Source: Scyliorhinus canicula
Taxonomy: Eukaryota
Reading direction: 5' to 3'
Length of the DNA stretch: 64,000 nt
Assembly: GCF_902713615.1 (NCBI RefSeq)
Contig: NC_052160.1
Coordinates: forward strand, 58,248,719-58,312,718
In this document: positions 37,401 through 51,235 of the stretch, piece by piece
Layout: every line of letters starts with the position of its first letter
Position numbering within the stretch: position 1 is the stretch's first letter
Notes under the pieces: generated by a model
Told to the model about the DNA's origin: nothing
Database searches by the model: none
Seen by the model: the letters and a program-made list of their open reading frames with translations, nothing else
Made by a program: the position numbers and the translations under genes

Positions 37401-40114
37401 GTGTCTCCTCCTTTCTGGTGGTCAATAAATCAAACTTGGCCTGCAAGCTACGCCGTTCCCCCAGCAATCCCTCCTCCGGGGCCTCCGTGTACCTCCTATC
37501 CACACTCAACAGCTCCTCCACCAGGCTCTCCCTCTCCCTCCTCTCCACCCTTTCCCTATGGGCTCGGATGGAGATCAGCTCCCCCCTAATCACTGCCTTC
37601 AGAGCCTCCCACACCATCCCCACCTGGACCTCCCCAGTATCATTGACCTCGAGGTACCTCTCGATACATCCCCGAACCCTCCCCCACACCTCCTCATCAG
37701 CCAACAACCCCACGTCCAGACGCCAAAGTGGGCGCTGGTCCCGCGCCTCCCCCATCTCCAGATCCACCCAATGCGGAGCATGGTCCGAAATCGCGATAGC
37801 CGAATATTCGGCCTCCTCCACCCTCGGGACCAGTCCCCTGCTCAAAATAAAGAAATCAATGCGGGACTAAACCCTGTGCACATGGGAGAAAAAGGAGTAC
37901 TCCCGAGCCCTCGGCCTCCCGAACCTCCGGGGATCCACTTCTCCCATCCGGTCCATAAACCCCCTCAATACCTTGGCCGCCGCTGGCCTCCTGCCTGTCC
38001 TTGAACTAGAACGATCCAGTAGGGGACCCAGCACCGTATTGAAGTCCCCACCCATGATCAAGCCCCCCACCTCCAGGCCAGGAATGCGGCCCAACATACG
38101 CCTCATGAAACCAGCATCATCCCAATTTGGGGCGTACACATTAACCAACACCACCCTCTCTCCCTGCAGCTTACCGCTCACCATCACATATCTGCCGCCA
38201 CTGTCAGCCACAGCCTCAGACGCCTCAAATGCCACCCTCTTCCCCACCAGGATCGCCACCCCCGGTTCTTCGAGTCGAGCCCTGAGTGGAAAATCTGCCC
38301 CACCCACCCCTTCCTCAGACGGACCTGGTCCGCCACCTTCAGGTGGGTCTCCTGGAGCATGGCCACGTCCACCTTCAGCCCCTTCAGATGCGAAAACACC
38401 CGGGCCCGCTTAACCGGCCCATTCAACCCCCTCACGTTCCACGTAATCAGCCGGATCGGGGGCACCCCGCCTCCCTCCCATCGACTAGCCATAACCCATT
38501 GACTGCTCGCCCCTGGCCATCACCCCTTCGGCCCGTTTCCCACGGCGATAGAACCTCACCCCGACCCCCCCGAACTCCTCCCTGGCCAATCCAGCAGCAA
38601 CCCGGTATCTCCCCCCCCCCCCCCCCCCCCCAACCCAGGCTAGGACACCTCCTAGCCGCGACTCTCCCTCCACTGTACTCCCGTGAGCCAGCTGAATTCT
38701 GCTGACCCCGGCAGCTCCCACTCTAACTCCGACCCCTCCCGATATGAGGTCCCCCCTCCTCCCCTGCATCAGCTCCTGGGAACCGCTTCGGCGTGGGAAA
38801 CCCGGTCTAATAACCACGCCCCTCGCCACCAGCTCCACCCCTTCGTCCCGCAGCGCGGGAAACCAGAGAAAAGCCCGCGCTTTCACACTGCCCCACCCCA
38901 CCAATGCAGCTCCCAAACCGCAGTCCCAACCCAACCACCAACTCCGTACAAACAAAGACACAGATCAACCACAAACCTCAGTACCCCCCTTAGAACACAA
39001 AACCATAACCCCATCGTCCGAAAGCGAGAGAAAAAACAAAAACAAACAGAATAACCCGCTCCAGCATAAACAATGATACATGAATAGAATAGAAAAAACT
39101 CCCACAGCTCCCAATCTCTAGTTCGAGTCCAGCTTTTCAGTCTGCACAGAGGCCCACGCTTCCTCCGGGGACTCAAAGTAGTGATGCCGGTCCTTGTAGG
39201 TGACCCACAGGCGCACAGGCGGCAACATGCCAAACTTCACCTGCTTTCCATGGAGCACTGCCTTCGTCCGGTTAAACCCGGCTCTCCGCTTGGCCACTTC
39301 CGCACTCCAGTCCTGGTAGATACGCACTACCGAATTCTCCCACTTACTACTCCTCGCCTTCTTGTCCCGTCGGAGAACACACTCCCGGTCACTGAACCGA
39401 TGGAACCGCACCCAGCACCGCCCGCAGGGGTTCATTCGCCTTAGGCTGCCTGGCCAGCACTCTATGGGTCCCCTCCAGCTCCAGGGGCAGATGGAAGGAT
39501 CCTGCCCCCACCAGCGAGTTCAACATCACGGCCACATAGGCCGGCAGGTCCGACCCCTCCAGTCCCTCCTCGAGGCCCAGGATCCGCAGGTTCTTCCTCC
39601 GTGACCGAAGCTCCATCGCCTCGAACCGATCTTGCCACTTTTAATGAAGTGCCTCGTGTACCGCCACCTTCCCAACGAGGGCCGAGACCTCATCCTCACG
39701 CTCAGAGGCCTGCTGCTGCAACTCCAGTATCGCTGCACCCTGGGTTGTCTGGGTCTCCAGCAGCTTACTTGTCGTCACCTTCAGGGATTCCAACAACTCC
39801 CCTTTCAGCTCCGTAAAATAGCGCAGAAGGGCCGCCTGCTGCTCCTCAGCCCACTGCCTCCACTCCTCAGGGGCTCCACCGGCCGCCATTTTGTCCACCT
39901 TCCCCCGCTTTTCCAGGGGATCTGCTGCAGTTTTTCTCCTCGCCCCACTCCGAGTCCGCACCATAAATCCCGGGGGGTTTTGCTCCAGACCCTTTTATCC
40001 ACTGGGAATCGTCGAATCAGCGCCGTTTGGGGCCCTTAAAAGAGCCCACAAGTCCTTTTAAAACGGGAGCTGCCGAACGTGCGGCTTAGCTACGCATAGC
40101 CGCAACCGGAAGTC
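34422..40114 (-). mobile_element. Full-length L1-clade LINE (about 5.7 kb), ORFs frameshifted
   Basis: 5' end GACTTCCGGTTGCGG; ORF1 39964-39118 (RSRRKNLRILGLEEG); ORF2 38492-34698 with EN, YADD RT and C-terminal motifs; A-rich tail; TSD TTATTTTCT(C/A)TTCTT at 34407-34421/40115-40129. Confidence 0.95.
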
Positions 40115-40949
40115 TTATTTTCTATTCTTAAGAGTTGATAAGAATATGTGGTTAGCATTGCACATATTCTCCAGTGAGCAGTTTAATGCAATTAAGTGTA
40201 AACCCTGGGCTAGCTAAACAAAATGGGTATTGAATAAGAGTCACTATATAAAGGACTCTGCTTATGAGAATCGCCTGCCAACATACAGGAGAGAAATAAG
40301 TCTCAGTTGTAACATCTGGTGCCAGCTGAAGTGGATAAATATTGTCGCAGACCAAAGAAGCCAATTTCCGTTATTGGAAGCAGACGTTAGGTACTCTGAG
40401 CATATGATCTTACAACGGACACGCAATGATTTGAATTGGCTTCCCTAGTGGTAGAAGAAAGCCTGCTCAGGATCAAGCTGGAAGCATGTAGACTGATATT
40501 GGCGGAGAAATGGGAATGGTCAGACAGAAGGACATCAACATAAGGCTGACGAGAAGGAGCACAAAAGGCATGAAGTTCATGAAAAGGAGAAATAACATTG
40601 TTGGGTCCTTGAAGAAATTCTTATTCATTGAGACTAGTGAGGACCTAGCTGATTCAGTTCCCATCTTTAGTCAAATTTATTGAATCTAATTTTATTCCAA
40701 TTCATAATGATGATGATGACGGATAGATTCTTAATCGCATCTGAACTGTTTGGACACTATCAGGTGGGGGAAGGACAAATACTGGCAGAGAGATTGGCAC
40801 CATAATAGCCTTGTGAGACTTGGAAATCTAGAAGATTGGGAAATAAAAGCATCTGGTTAATACCACACTAATATGAGTAGCTATTCAGACACAGCAGTGG
40901 TGATGACGTTAAAGGGCAATGCATTGTTAAATAAAATGAATGTTGCATA

Positions 40950-41330
40950 TTTAAAAAAACAAAATGCTGGAAGAGCTCAGCAGCTCTGGCAGCATCTGTG
41001 GAGAGAAACGGTTAACATTTTGAGTCTGTATGACTTTAGAGCTAAAAAGAGGGAGAAATGTGATGGATTGTATACTGTATAAAGGGGTTGGAGCAGTGGG
41101 GGAAGAGTAGAAAGTCATAGGTGGGAACGAGAAGAGATTGCAGCAAAATGTGCAAGGCACGAGACAGGAAGTGTTTAATGTCAGTGTGAACGGCTATAGA
41201 AGGTGCTGATTGTGACGTAGATAGACTATAGCAGAATGTGTTAATAATAGAACAAAGATCACTGCTCAGTGAAAGCAGTACAGAAGAACAAGTGACCGAT
41301 GGCCCAGTGGGAGGGGGTTTGAGTTTGGAC
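40950..41330. mobile_element. Degenerate Penelope-type terminal repeat
   Basis: aaatgctgg...ctcagcag...gcagcatctgtggagagaaac..gttaacatttt resembles 53600-53690; hammerhead core decayed. Family from recall. Confidence 0.45.
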
Positions 41331-41692
41331 AAAAAATTGTTCTGGATTTTAAAAAAAAAAATGATATTGGGGTACGTGATGTGGGTGTGGCTTGCTCACC
41401 TTTTAATCTTTTTTAAAATCCTAATGCACATTTCCTTTTTGTCTTTTGTAGTTGGCATGATTTATTCTATGCTCTGAAAATTGATCACCCATGTTTCTAA
41501 ATGATGGAGACGAGTTAGAATGTTTAAGTCGTTGTTTGTTTGTGGTGGTTGGGATGTCGCTCTGTCTTTAGTGGTGCAGTTGCTTTTGAGCGGGCTCCCG
41601 CCCTGACAGTGCAGCGTGCATCGACAAGATGACGGCTGCTAATGAAAATGCTGTTCTGACTAAGGATCTTGGCTTGAGGTACAGGTCGTCAA

Positions 41693-41980
41693 GGCGGCTC
41701 GGTAGCACGGTTGCTTCACAACGCCAGGGTCCCAGGTTCGATTCCCGGCTTGGGTCACTGTTTGTGCGGAGTCTGCACATTCTCCCTGTGTCTGCGTGGG
41801 TTTCCTCTGGTTTCCTCCAACAAGTCCCGAAAAGACGTGCTGTTAGGTGAATTGGACATTCTGAATTCTCCCTCTGTGTACACGAACAGGCACTGGAATG
41901 TTGTGACTAGCAGCTTTTCACGGTAACCTCATTGCAGTGTTAATGTAAGCCTACTTGTGACAATAAAGATTATTATTATA
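41693..41980 (+). mobile_element. V-SINE with (TTA)n-ended tail
   Basis: GGTTCGATTCC B box, V-core, tail ending gtgacaataaagattattatta. Confidence 0.88.
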
Positions 41981-42704
41981 GACCAAGAGTGTGGGGTATT
42001 TTTATGGAGGCACACAAGGAGGTTCTTACATTAGAGAAATTTGATGGAGTACATCCAATTCTCTTTTGAGGCTTGGGGTTTGGCCCGCTGGTCCTATGTT
42101 CTGTTCCGGATGTGTTGGTCATGAGGGGCTGGGGGCACACAAATAAGTTGAGTCATCTCTCTCTTTCTCTCCCCCCTCCCCACCAAAGCTGGAGCCTGGA
42201 TTGTTAACAGACTGGGATCTGGTGAGATGGCATGGTAGAGGTAATAGTGTCTCATGCTTTGATCGTTGGAATCCTTGAGAGATTCTAAAGAGTGTTCATT
42301 GATCCTGATGATGCCCCATCCTTGATTTTGTGCTTTTTACAGAGGACTACCTAAAATTTCTGCATCTTGGTTATTATCCTGGACTTTGCTCCCTGTTGAT
42401 CATATTGTTATCTGCTTGATGTTGTCAATTGTTTCCATTTACAGGGAAGTGAATAATGTTGGTGTGATGGCCTGTACCATTGAGTATTGATTTAATAAGT
42501 TAATATCATGTCAAGCCAAATGTTGAATGCAGGGCTTGTGGAGTCTTTTTCCTAAATATCTTTGGGCCTTGTGTTGTTTGACAATCGTTGTGGTGGCTGG
42601 GAAGGAGTGCTTTTTGTTGCCTCCCCCTGTCTCGCATAGAAAGGCGATGAGCGAAGTGGGGTGAGGGGTGGAGGGTCAAAGTTCGAGGGTTAGCTTGTTC
42701 TTGC

Positions 42705-45700
42705 TGTTATAACACAACAAAAAAGAAAACAAACAGGAAATCTTCTATAAAAAAATAAAATAAAATAACACCCCACTGCCCACCCTCCCTGCCGTTTCCC
42801 TCCATTCACCCCCACTGCTGACGTCTTAACTATCCTTTAAGAAGTTGATAAGGAGCCTCCATCTCTGGACGAACCCCCTCCGACCCTCTCAAGGCAAACT
42901 TTTTTTTCCAGCCTAAGGAATTCCGTGAGGTTGCTCACCCACACTTCTGGCTTCAGTGACCCAGAGTCTCTCCACTCCAACAAAATCCATCTCCGGGCTA
43001 CCAGGGAGGCAAAGGCCAAAACGTCGGCCTCTCTCGCCCCCGAACTCCTCCTGGGTTGTCTGACACTCTGAAAATCGCCACTTCTGGACTCGGGGCAAAC
43101 TTCACCTTCAGCACCTCGGATATTGTCAGCGAACCCCTTACAGAACTCCTTCAGCTTCAGACAAGCCCAAAAGATGTGGACATGGTTCGCTGGCCTCCAC
43201 AAGCTCCACCCATACATATCCTCCACCCCTTGAAGAACCTGCTCATTCTGGCCACCGTCATATGTGCCCTATGAACTACACTGAATTGAATAATGCTAAG
43301 CCTAGCGCATGAACCGATGTCCTAGGGGGGGTGTTTTCTAGAGCTGTTGGGGAGGGTTTAAACTAATGTGGCAGGGGGATGGGAACCAATGCTGGAAGTT
43401 GGAAGGTAGTAAAACAGGGACAGAAACAAAAGGAAGTAAGGGGAAAAGTGCAAGGCAGAGAAGACATAGTCAGAAATCCATAAGGGCGACAGTACAAGGT
43501 ACAGTGACTGAGGGGAGCACAGTGAATAGGCCCAGTAATAACAAAAGGAATAAAACTGGAGATGTTAAGATTCAAAACAGAGGTAAAAAAACCAACATAA
43601 GTGTACTTTACCTGAATGCTCGTAGTATTCGGAATAAAGTAAATGAGTTGGTGGCACAAATCATCATGAAGGACTATGATTTAGTGGCCATTACTGAAAC
43701 ATGGTTAAAGGATGGTCACGACTGGGAGTTAAATATCCGAGGGTATCAAACTATTTGGAAGAACAGAGTGGATGGTAAGGGAGGTGGTGTTGCTCTGTTA
43801 TTTAAGGATGACATCCGGGCAATAGTAAGGGATGACATCGGTGCTATGGAGGATAAGGTTGAATCCATTTGGGTGGAAATTAGGAATAGTAAGGCGAAAA
43901 AGTCATTGATAGGAGTAGTCTATCGGCCACCAAATAGTAACGAGATGGTGGGGCAGGCAATAAACAAAGAAATAACTGATGCATGTAGAAATGGTACAGC
44001 AGTTATCATGGGGGATTTTAATCTACATGTCGATTGGTTTAACCAGGTCGGTCAAGGCAACCGTGAGGAGGAGTTTATAGAATGTATCCGCGATAGTTTC
44101 CTAGAACAGTATGTAATGGAACCTACGAGGGAACAAGCGGTCCTAGATCTTGTCCTGTGTAATGAGACAGGATTGATTCATGATCTCATAGTTAGGGATC
44201 CTCTCGGAAGGAGCGATCACAATATGGTGGAATTTAAAATACAGATGGAGGGTGAGAAAGTAAAATCAAATACTAGTGTTTTGTGTTTAAACAAAGGAGA
44301 TTACAAGGGGATGAGAGAAGAACTAGCTAAGGTAGACTGGGAGCTAAGACTTTATGGTGGAACAGTTGAGGAACAGTGGAGAACCTTCCAAGTGATTTTT
44401 CACAGTGCTCAGCAAAGGTTTATAACAACAAAAAGGAAGGACGGAAGAAAGAGGGAAAATCGACCGTGGATATCTAAGGAAATAAGGGAGAGTATCAAAT
44501 TGAAGGAAAAAGCATATAAAGTGGCAAAGATTGCTGGGAGATTAGAGGACTGGGAAATCTTTAGGGGGCAACAGAAAGCTACTAAAAAAGCTATAAAGAA
44601 GAGTAAGATAGAGTATGAGAGTAAACTTGCTCAGAATATAAAAACAGATAGTAAAAGTTTCTACAAATATATAAGACAAAAAAGAGTGGCTTAGGTAAAT
44701 ATTGGTCCTTTAGAGGATGAGAAGGGAGTTTTAATAATGGGAAATGAGGAAATGGCTGAGGAACTGAACAGGTCTTTTGGGTCGGTCTTCACAGTGGAAG
44801 ACACAAATAACATGCCAGTGACTGATAGAAATGAGGCTATGACAGGTGAGGACCTTGAGACGATTGTTATCACTAAGGAGGGAGTGATGGGCAAGCTAAT
44901 GGGGCTAAAGGTAGACAAGTCTCCTGGCCCTGATGGAATGCATCCCAGAGTGCTAAAAGAGATGGCTAGGGAAATTGCAGATGCACTAGTGATAATTTAC
45001 CGAAATTCACTAGACTCTGGGGTGGTCCCGGTGGATTGGAAATTAGCAAACGTGACGCCACTGTTTAAAAAAGGAGGTAGGCAGAAAGCAGGAAATTATA
45101 GGCCAGTGAGTTTAACTTCGGTAATAGGGAAGATGCTGGAATCTATCATCAAGGAAGAAATTGCGAGGCATCTGGATAGAAATTGTCCCATTGGGCAGAC
45201 GCAGCATGGGTTCGTAAAAGGCAGGTCGTGCCTAACTAATTTAGTGGAATTTTTTGAGGACATTACCAGTGCAGTAGATAACGGGGAGCCGATGGATGTG
45301 GTATATCTGGATTTCCAGAAAGCCTTTGACAAGGTGCCACACAAAAGGTTGCTGCATAAGATAAAGATGCATGGCATTAAGGGTAAAGTAGTAGCATGGA
45401 TAGAGGATTGGTTAATTAATAGAAAGCAAAGAGTTGGGATAAATGGGTGTTTCTCTGGTTGGCAATCAGTAGCTAGTGGTGTCCCTCAGGGATCCGTGTT
45501 GGGCCCACAATTGTTCACAATTTACATTGATGATTTGGAGTTGGGGACCAAGGGCAATGTGTCCAAGTTTGCAGATCACACTAAGATGAGTGGTAAAGCG
45601 AAAAGTGCAGAGGATACTGGAAGTCTGCAGAGGGATTTGGATAGGTTAAGTGAATGGGCTCGGGTCTGGCAGATGGAATACAATGTTGACAAATGTGAGG

Positions 45701-48700
45701 TTATCCATTTTGGTAGGAATAACAGCAAACGGGATTATTATTTAAACGATAAAATATTAAAGCATGCCGCTGTTCAGAGAGACTTGGGTGTGCTAGTGCA
45801 TGAGTCACAGAAGGTTGGTTTACAAGTGCAACAGGTGATTAAGAAGGCAAATGGAATTTTGTCCTTCATTGCTAGAGGGATGGAGTTTAAGACTAGGGAG
45901 GTTATGTTGCAATTGTATAAGGTGTTAGTGCGGCCACACCTGGAGTATTGTGTTCAGTTTTGGTCTCCTTACTTGAGAAAGGACGTACTGGCGCTGGAGG
46001 GTGTGCAGAGGAGATTCACTAGGTTAATCCCAGAGCTGAAGGGGTTGGATTATGAGGAGAGGTTGAGTAGACTGGGACTGTACTCGTTGGAATTTAGAAG
46101 GATGAGGGGGGATCTTATAGAAACATTTAAAATTATGAAGGGAATAGATAGGATAGATGCGGGCAGGTTGTTTCCACTGGCGGGTGACAGCAGAACTAGG
46201 GGGCATAGCCTCAAAATAAGGGGAAGTAGATTTAGAACTGAGTTTAGGAGGAACTTCTTCACCCAAAGGGTTGTGAATCTATGGAATTCCTTGCCCAGTG
46301 AAGCAGTTGAGGCTCCTTCATTACATGTTTTTAAGGTAAAGATAGATAGTTTTTTGAAGAATAAAGGGATTAAGGGTTATGGTGTTCGGGCCGGAAAGTG
46401 GAGCTGAGTCCACAAAAGATCAGCCATGATCTCATTGAATGGCGGAGCAGGCTCGAGGGGCCAGATGGCCTACTCCTGCTCCTAGTTCTTATGAAGAGGA
46501 TGAATTCACTCCCCTCAAAGCCTCCCATAACCCAGCCTCCATTTCCCTTCCCAGCTCCTCCTCCCACTTCCGTTCAACTTCTACCGGGGTTCTCTCCCTT
46601 AACTCCTTATAAGTTTCCTGCACTCTACCCGTGCCAACTCTTGTTTTCAACACCACCTTGTCCTGCCGCCCCGGGGGCAGCAGGTCGGGAAAATCAGATC
46701 GGGAATCACCTGCTTCCTAAAGTGATCCCGTACCAGTAAGCACCGGAACCCATTCCCGCTGGGTAGCTCTTACTCCTCTTCCGATTCCTCTAGACTCGAA
46801 AAGCTGCCCCCCACAAATAGGTCCCCAAACCCATTTGATCCCTGCCTGCCACCACCCCCGGAATCCTGCACCCCCCCCGGTGCAAATCTATGATTCCCAA
46901 AAATCGGTACCCAGCCGAGGCACCCTCCAACCTCAGATGCTGCCGTCACCACTACCACCGGGCTCATGGAGTATCTGGCTGGCGAGAATGGCAGAGGCAC
47001 CGTCAACAGTGCCTTTACAACTTAGCTTGTGCCTTTACAAGAGGCTGCCTCCATCCGCCGCACACGGACCCCGCCCCCACTACCCACTTCTTAATCATGG
47101 CTATTTGCGCTGCCCAGTAAGTTCATTTTGTTTGGCAAAGCCAGTCTGTGCGTCCCCGTTCAGCAGCACCAATTTAAACGCCCAGCCTCCTCTCCTGCTC
47201 CCTTGCCTGGATCGGAAAAACCTCACTCTTCCCCATGTTTAACTTGTATCTAGAAAACCGGCCAAATTCTTCCAAAATGTTCATGATTTCCCCCAATTTA
47301 TCCCAGTGGGTCTGATATGTAAAACAGCAGATTGTCTGCATGTAGCGAGACCCTATGTTCCACCCACCCGCCACAATATCCCTTTCCAACTCCTTGACGC
47401 TCTAAGCGCCATTGCCAGCAGCAAGGCAAAAAGCAACGGGGAGAGGTGAGCATCCCTGCTTTGTCCCACGATGTAATCCGAAATACCGTGAACTCACTTG
47501 TACACTGGCTATCGGCGCCTGATATAACAGCCGGACCCAACCCACAAACCCCTGCCCGAATCCGAACGGTCCCAGTGCTTCCCACAGATTCCCATTCTAC
47601 CTAAAAAAGCCTTCTCCGCATCCATAGTGACCACCACCTCCACATTGTGTCCATCCGAGGGCATCATTATCATATTCAATAAGCTCGCCGACAGATGCCT
47701 CCCCTTTTCAAACCCTGTTTGGTCCTTCCATGTCACCACTAGACACAGTGGTGATCTTTGCCAACAGCTTGGCATCCACATTTAGTAACAATATTGGGTG
47801 GTAGGATCCACACTTTCGGGTCCTTATCCTTCTTCAAAATTAAGGATATCGAAGCCTGCGATAACATAGGGGAAAGGTGCCCCTTCTCCCTTGCCTCATT
47901 GTATGCCCTTACCAGCAGGGCCCCCAGATCCCCCAACAACTTTTTATGAAATTCTACCGGGAACCCATCAGGGCCCGTGCCTTCCCTGCCTGCAACGTCC
48001 CTGTACCCTCTCACCTCGACCAGTCTAATGGGTGCCCCCAGCCCCTCTACAAGATCCTCCTCCACCTTGGGGAACTCCAACCCATTCAGAAATCGTGGCA
48101 TTCCCTCTCCCTCGGCCGGGGGCGCCGATTCATATAACCTCTTATAAAATTCCTCAAAAGCCCCATTAATCCCCAACGGGTCCAAAACCACCCTTTCCCC
48201 TCCAATCCTTCACCTTCACCTTTCTGATCCCCCACGCTGCCTCCTGCTTCCTGAGTTATTGGGCCAGCATCCTACTTGCCTTCTCCCCATATTCGTACAC
48301 TGCCCCCCTGTCCCTCCATAACTACGCCACTGCATTTCCCGTAGACACCAACCCGAACTCCATCTGGAGCTTCTGCTGTTCCTTCAACAAATCTGCCTCC
48401 GAGTATCTCCAATCTACCCGCAGGATCTCATCCACCAGCCTTGCCATCTCTGTTAGCTCCATCCCATCCCTATGTGCCCGGATTGATATAAACTTCCCCC
48501 TACCACTGCCTTAAGCGCCTCCCATAACGTAGCGGCCGGGACCTCACCCATGACATTCAGCTCCACATACCCCCGAATGGCGGCACTCATCCGCTCACAC
48601 ATGATCTCATTTGTCAGCAACCTCACTTCTAATCTCCACTGCGGACACTGCCCCCCCCCCCCCCCCCCCAAACCCGATCCACCCAATGTGGCAAGTGATC

Positions 48701-50760
48701 CGAGACCACAATCGCCGAATCACCCGGGTCCACCACCCCTGCCGGCAGAGTCTTATCCACCACAAAGTAATCGACCCACGAGTACATCCTGTGCATATGG
48801 GAGAAGTACGATAATTCCTTCGCCCTCGGCCTCCCAAACCTCCAGGGGTCAATCTCCCCATGCGCTCCATGAACCCCTTCAGTTCCTTCTCCACAGCCAA
48901 CACCCTCCCCGACTCGACCGGTCCATTCTCGGCTTGATAACTGTATTTAACTTTCCCCCCGCCCCCCACATAATCAGCCAGTATGAGTCTAGGTCTGGAA
49001 TCTTCCCTAACATCCGCCTCATGAATTCGACACCGGCCCAATTTGGGGCACAAATGTTCACCAGGACCACTGGCATCCCCTCCAATTTCCACTCACCATC
49101 ACCAACCTCCCTTCCTGAGTCTGCTACTATATTCCCCACCTCAAACACTACCCACTGTATTTATCAGCATCGCCACCTCTCACGTCTTCATATCCAATCC
49201 TGAGTGAAAGACTTGCCCTCCCCACCCTTTCCTTAGCCTAGTCGGTCCCCGACCTTCAAATGCTTATCCTGTACAAATGCCACATCCACCTTTTTAAACT
49301 CCTCGGGTGGTCAAACACGCGTGACTGTTTGTTTGACTGGCCCATTCGGCCCTCTCACATTCCATGTGACCAGCCTGGTTGGCGAGCACCCGGCCCCCCT
49401 CTCCTTCCGATCAACCATAGCCCTTCTTGGGACAGACCCCCGCCACGTCACGCGACCCTCCAGGCCCTGCCTCAGGTGTCCACTGTCACCAACTCCCTCA
49501 TTGCACATCAGCAGTCCCCCCCTAAACAAAACAACAATCTCACCCCCCTCTAAAACTGTGACCACCTGCTCAACCCCCCCCCCCCCCCCCCCAAACTCTC
49601 TCATGAATTAGCTAGCCTGGCAGCCCCGCCCATGGCACCGAGCATCTTTCTCCACCCCCCACTCACACACTTCCATAGTGCAAACAACAATAATAATGAG
49701 AAAAAAGGTGCACTCACCCTCCACGATCCTCCACCATCCCACCAACCCACAAAATAGATAAATGGTCCCTGAGGAAAGAGAGGTTCTCCCCTAACCATCA
49801 CCCAAAAAGAAACCAAGCAATACAACAAAAAAGGCAGAGAAAACGAACATCTCCTCACACTTGCTGCAAAGTTCAATGTCCTCCCTCTCCTGCCAGTTCA
49901 TGGTCTCTCAAGAAATACATTGCCTCCTCTGGTGTTCCAAAATAATGCTCACTGCCGTTTTGAGGACACCTAGACGCGGGCCGGCTACGGCACCCTGAAC
50001 TTCACCCCCTTCTTTAAAGAGGGCAGCCTTGACATGGTTGAATCCAGCTCTCAGCCATTTAAGCACCCTCCCAGGTACATCTCCTCATCTGCCTGGCCTT
50101 TTCTAAGAACCGGTGTAGCCTCAACATCATCGCCCTCAGTGGCACATTCGCCTGCGGCTTCCTCATCAGCGACCTATGCTCCCGATCAGCCTCAAGGGGC
50201 CAGTTGAAGGCCGCCTCCCCCATTCGCTGCTCCATCATTTTGGCTATATAAGAGCCTGCGTCTGCTCCCTCAATGCCCTCTGCAATCCCCACTATTCTCA
50301 AATTTTGACTCTGGGAGCAGTTCTCCAAATCCTCCACTTTCTCCTTGAGCCGCTTCTAGGTCTCCCTCAACATCCCAATTTCAGCCGCCAATGAGGTAAA
50401 CTGCTCCTCGTGCTCCCCCACCCCCTCCCCTACCTTCTGGATCGCCTGGCTCTGGGGCTCCAGCCTCAGCTTCACACGGTCGATCCCCACTCACAGCGCG
50501 TCTACCACCTTCTCTCGGGTCCCCCTGAGCCTCACTCCTCTGCTGACTGAACTTTTAGTTCAGAAAGTCCACCAACTGCTCCGTCGACCATTGGGCTGGT
50601 AGGGCCGACCTCTTGCTCTCCGCCATCTTCCCCTGAGTCACAAGAAGAGTTTCTAGCTTCTGCAACTCCTTTCTTCGAAACCCACTTCTGGTCCACTAAT
50701 CCATCCACCAACCTCACCAGTGGAGTATAGCTTTCCTCTACTACCACCTCTACACCTTTT
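42705..50760 (-). mobile_element. Near full-length older L1, split by a CR1 insertion
   Basis: ORF1 DLENCSQSQNLRIVG (50059-50337), EN RLVTWNVRG, RT and C-terminal motifs; VNSSSSCARLS coding sequence is interrupted at 43313/46491. Confidence 0.9.
43314..46490 (+). mobile_element. Young 5'-truncated CR1 LINE (ORF1 tail plus complete ORF2)
   Basis: ORF2 43366-46407 in one frame with a single TAG at 44692; APE (LNARSIRNK, MGDFN, SDHN) and RT (PQGSVLGP, KFADHTK); ATGAA duplicated at 43309-43313/46491-46495. Confidence 0.97.
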
Positions 50761-51008
50761 CCCTCCCCCCTTCTGAGTGATCCTGGTTGTTGGGGTGGGT
50801 TTATTGATGCTGTGAGGAGGTGGGCTGAGTCCTCTCCCAGGACCCTCCCAACCCCCCCACCCCCCTCCACTTTGCGGAGGTGCTTTGATTCCCCCGACCC
50901 CCTACCCTGGAACAGGGTTTTCCCCTTTCGACTGGGTTCTGGCTTCTTAACCTCGGGCCTCTTCTGTTACGGGTATCAGTGTAATTCCTTCTTAGCTCCG
51001 GAGTTCTT

Positions 51009-51235
51009 TGGCATCATGGTGATGCAGTAGTTAGCACTGGCGCCGAGGACCCAGGTTCGATGCCGATCCCGGGTCACTATCCGTGTGAAGTTTGCACATT
51101 CTCCTCGTGTCTGGGTGGGTCTCACCCCCACAATCCAAAGATGTGCAAGGTAGGTGGATTGGATGTTAAATTGCCCCATTAATTGAGAAAAAATAATAAT
51201 AATTTGGTCCTCTAAATTTATATTTTTTAAAAAGT
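51009..51235 (+). mobile_element. V-SINE, A-rich-tail subtype
   Basis: ggcatcatggtg head, V-core, aattgagaaaaaataat...tttaaaaa tail. Confidence 0.8.

Noticed and set aside
34792..40039. Long + strand ORFs (up to 306 aa) over 34.8-40 kb, and similar ones at 46-50 kb and 58.9-60.3 kb
   Set aside because: Antisense shadows of GC-rich L1 coding sequence; no independent motifs.
41981..42700. Possible further degenerate LINE fragment
   Set aside because: No motif clear enough to assign a family or boundaries.
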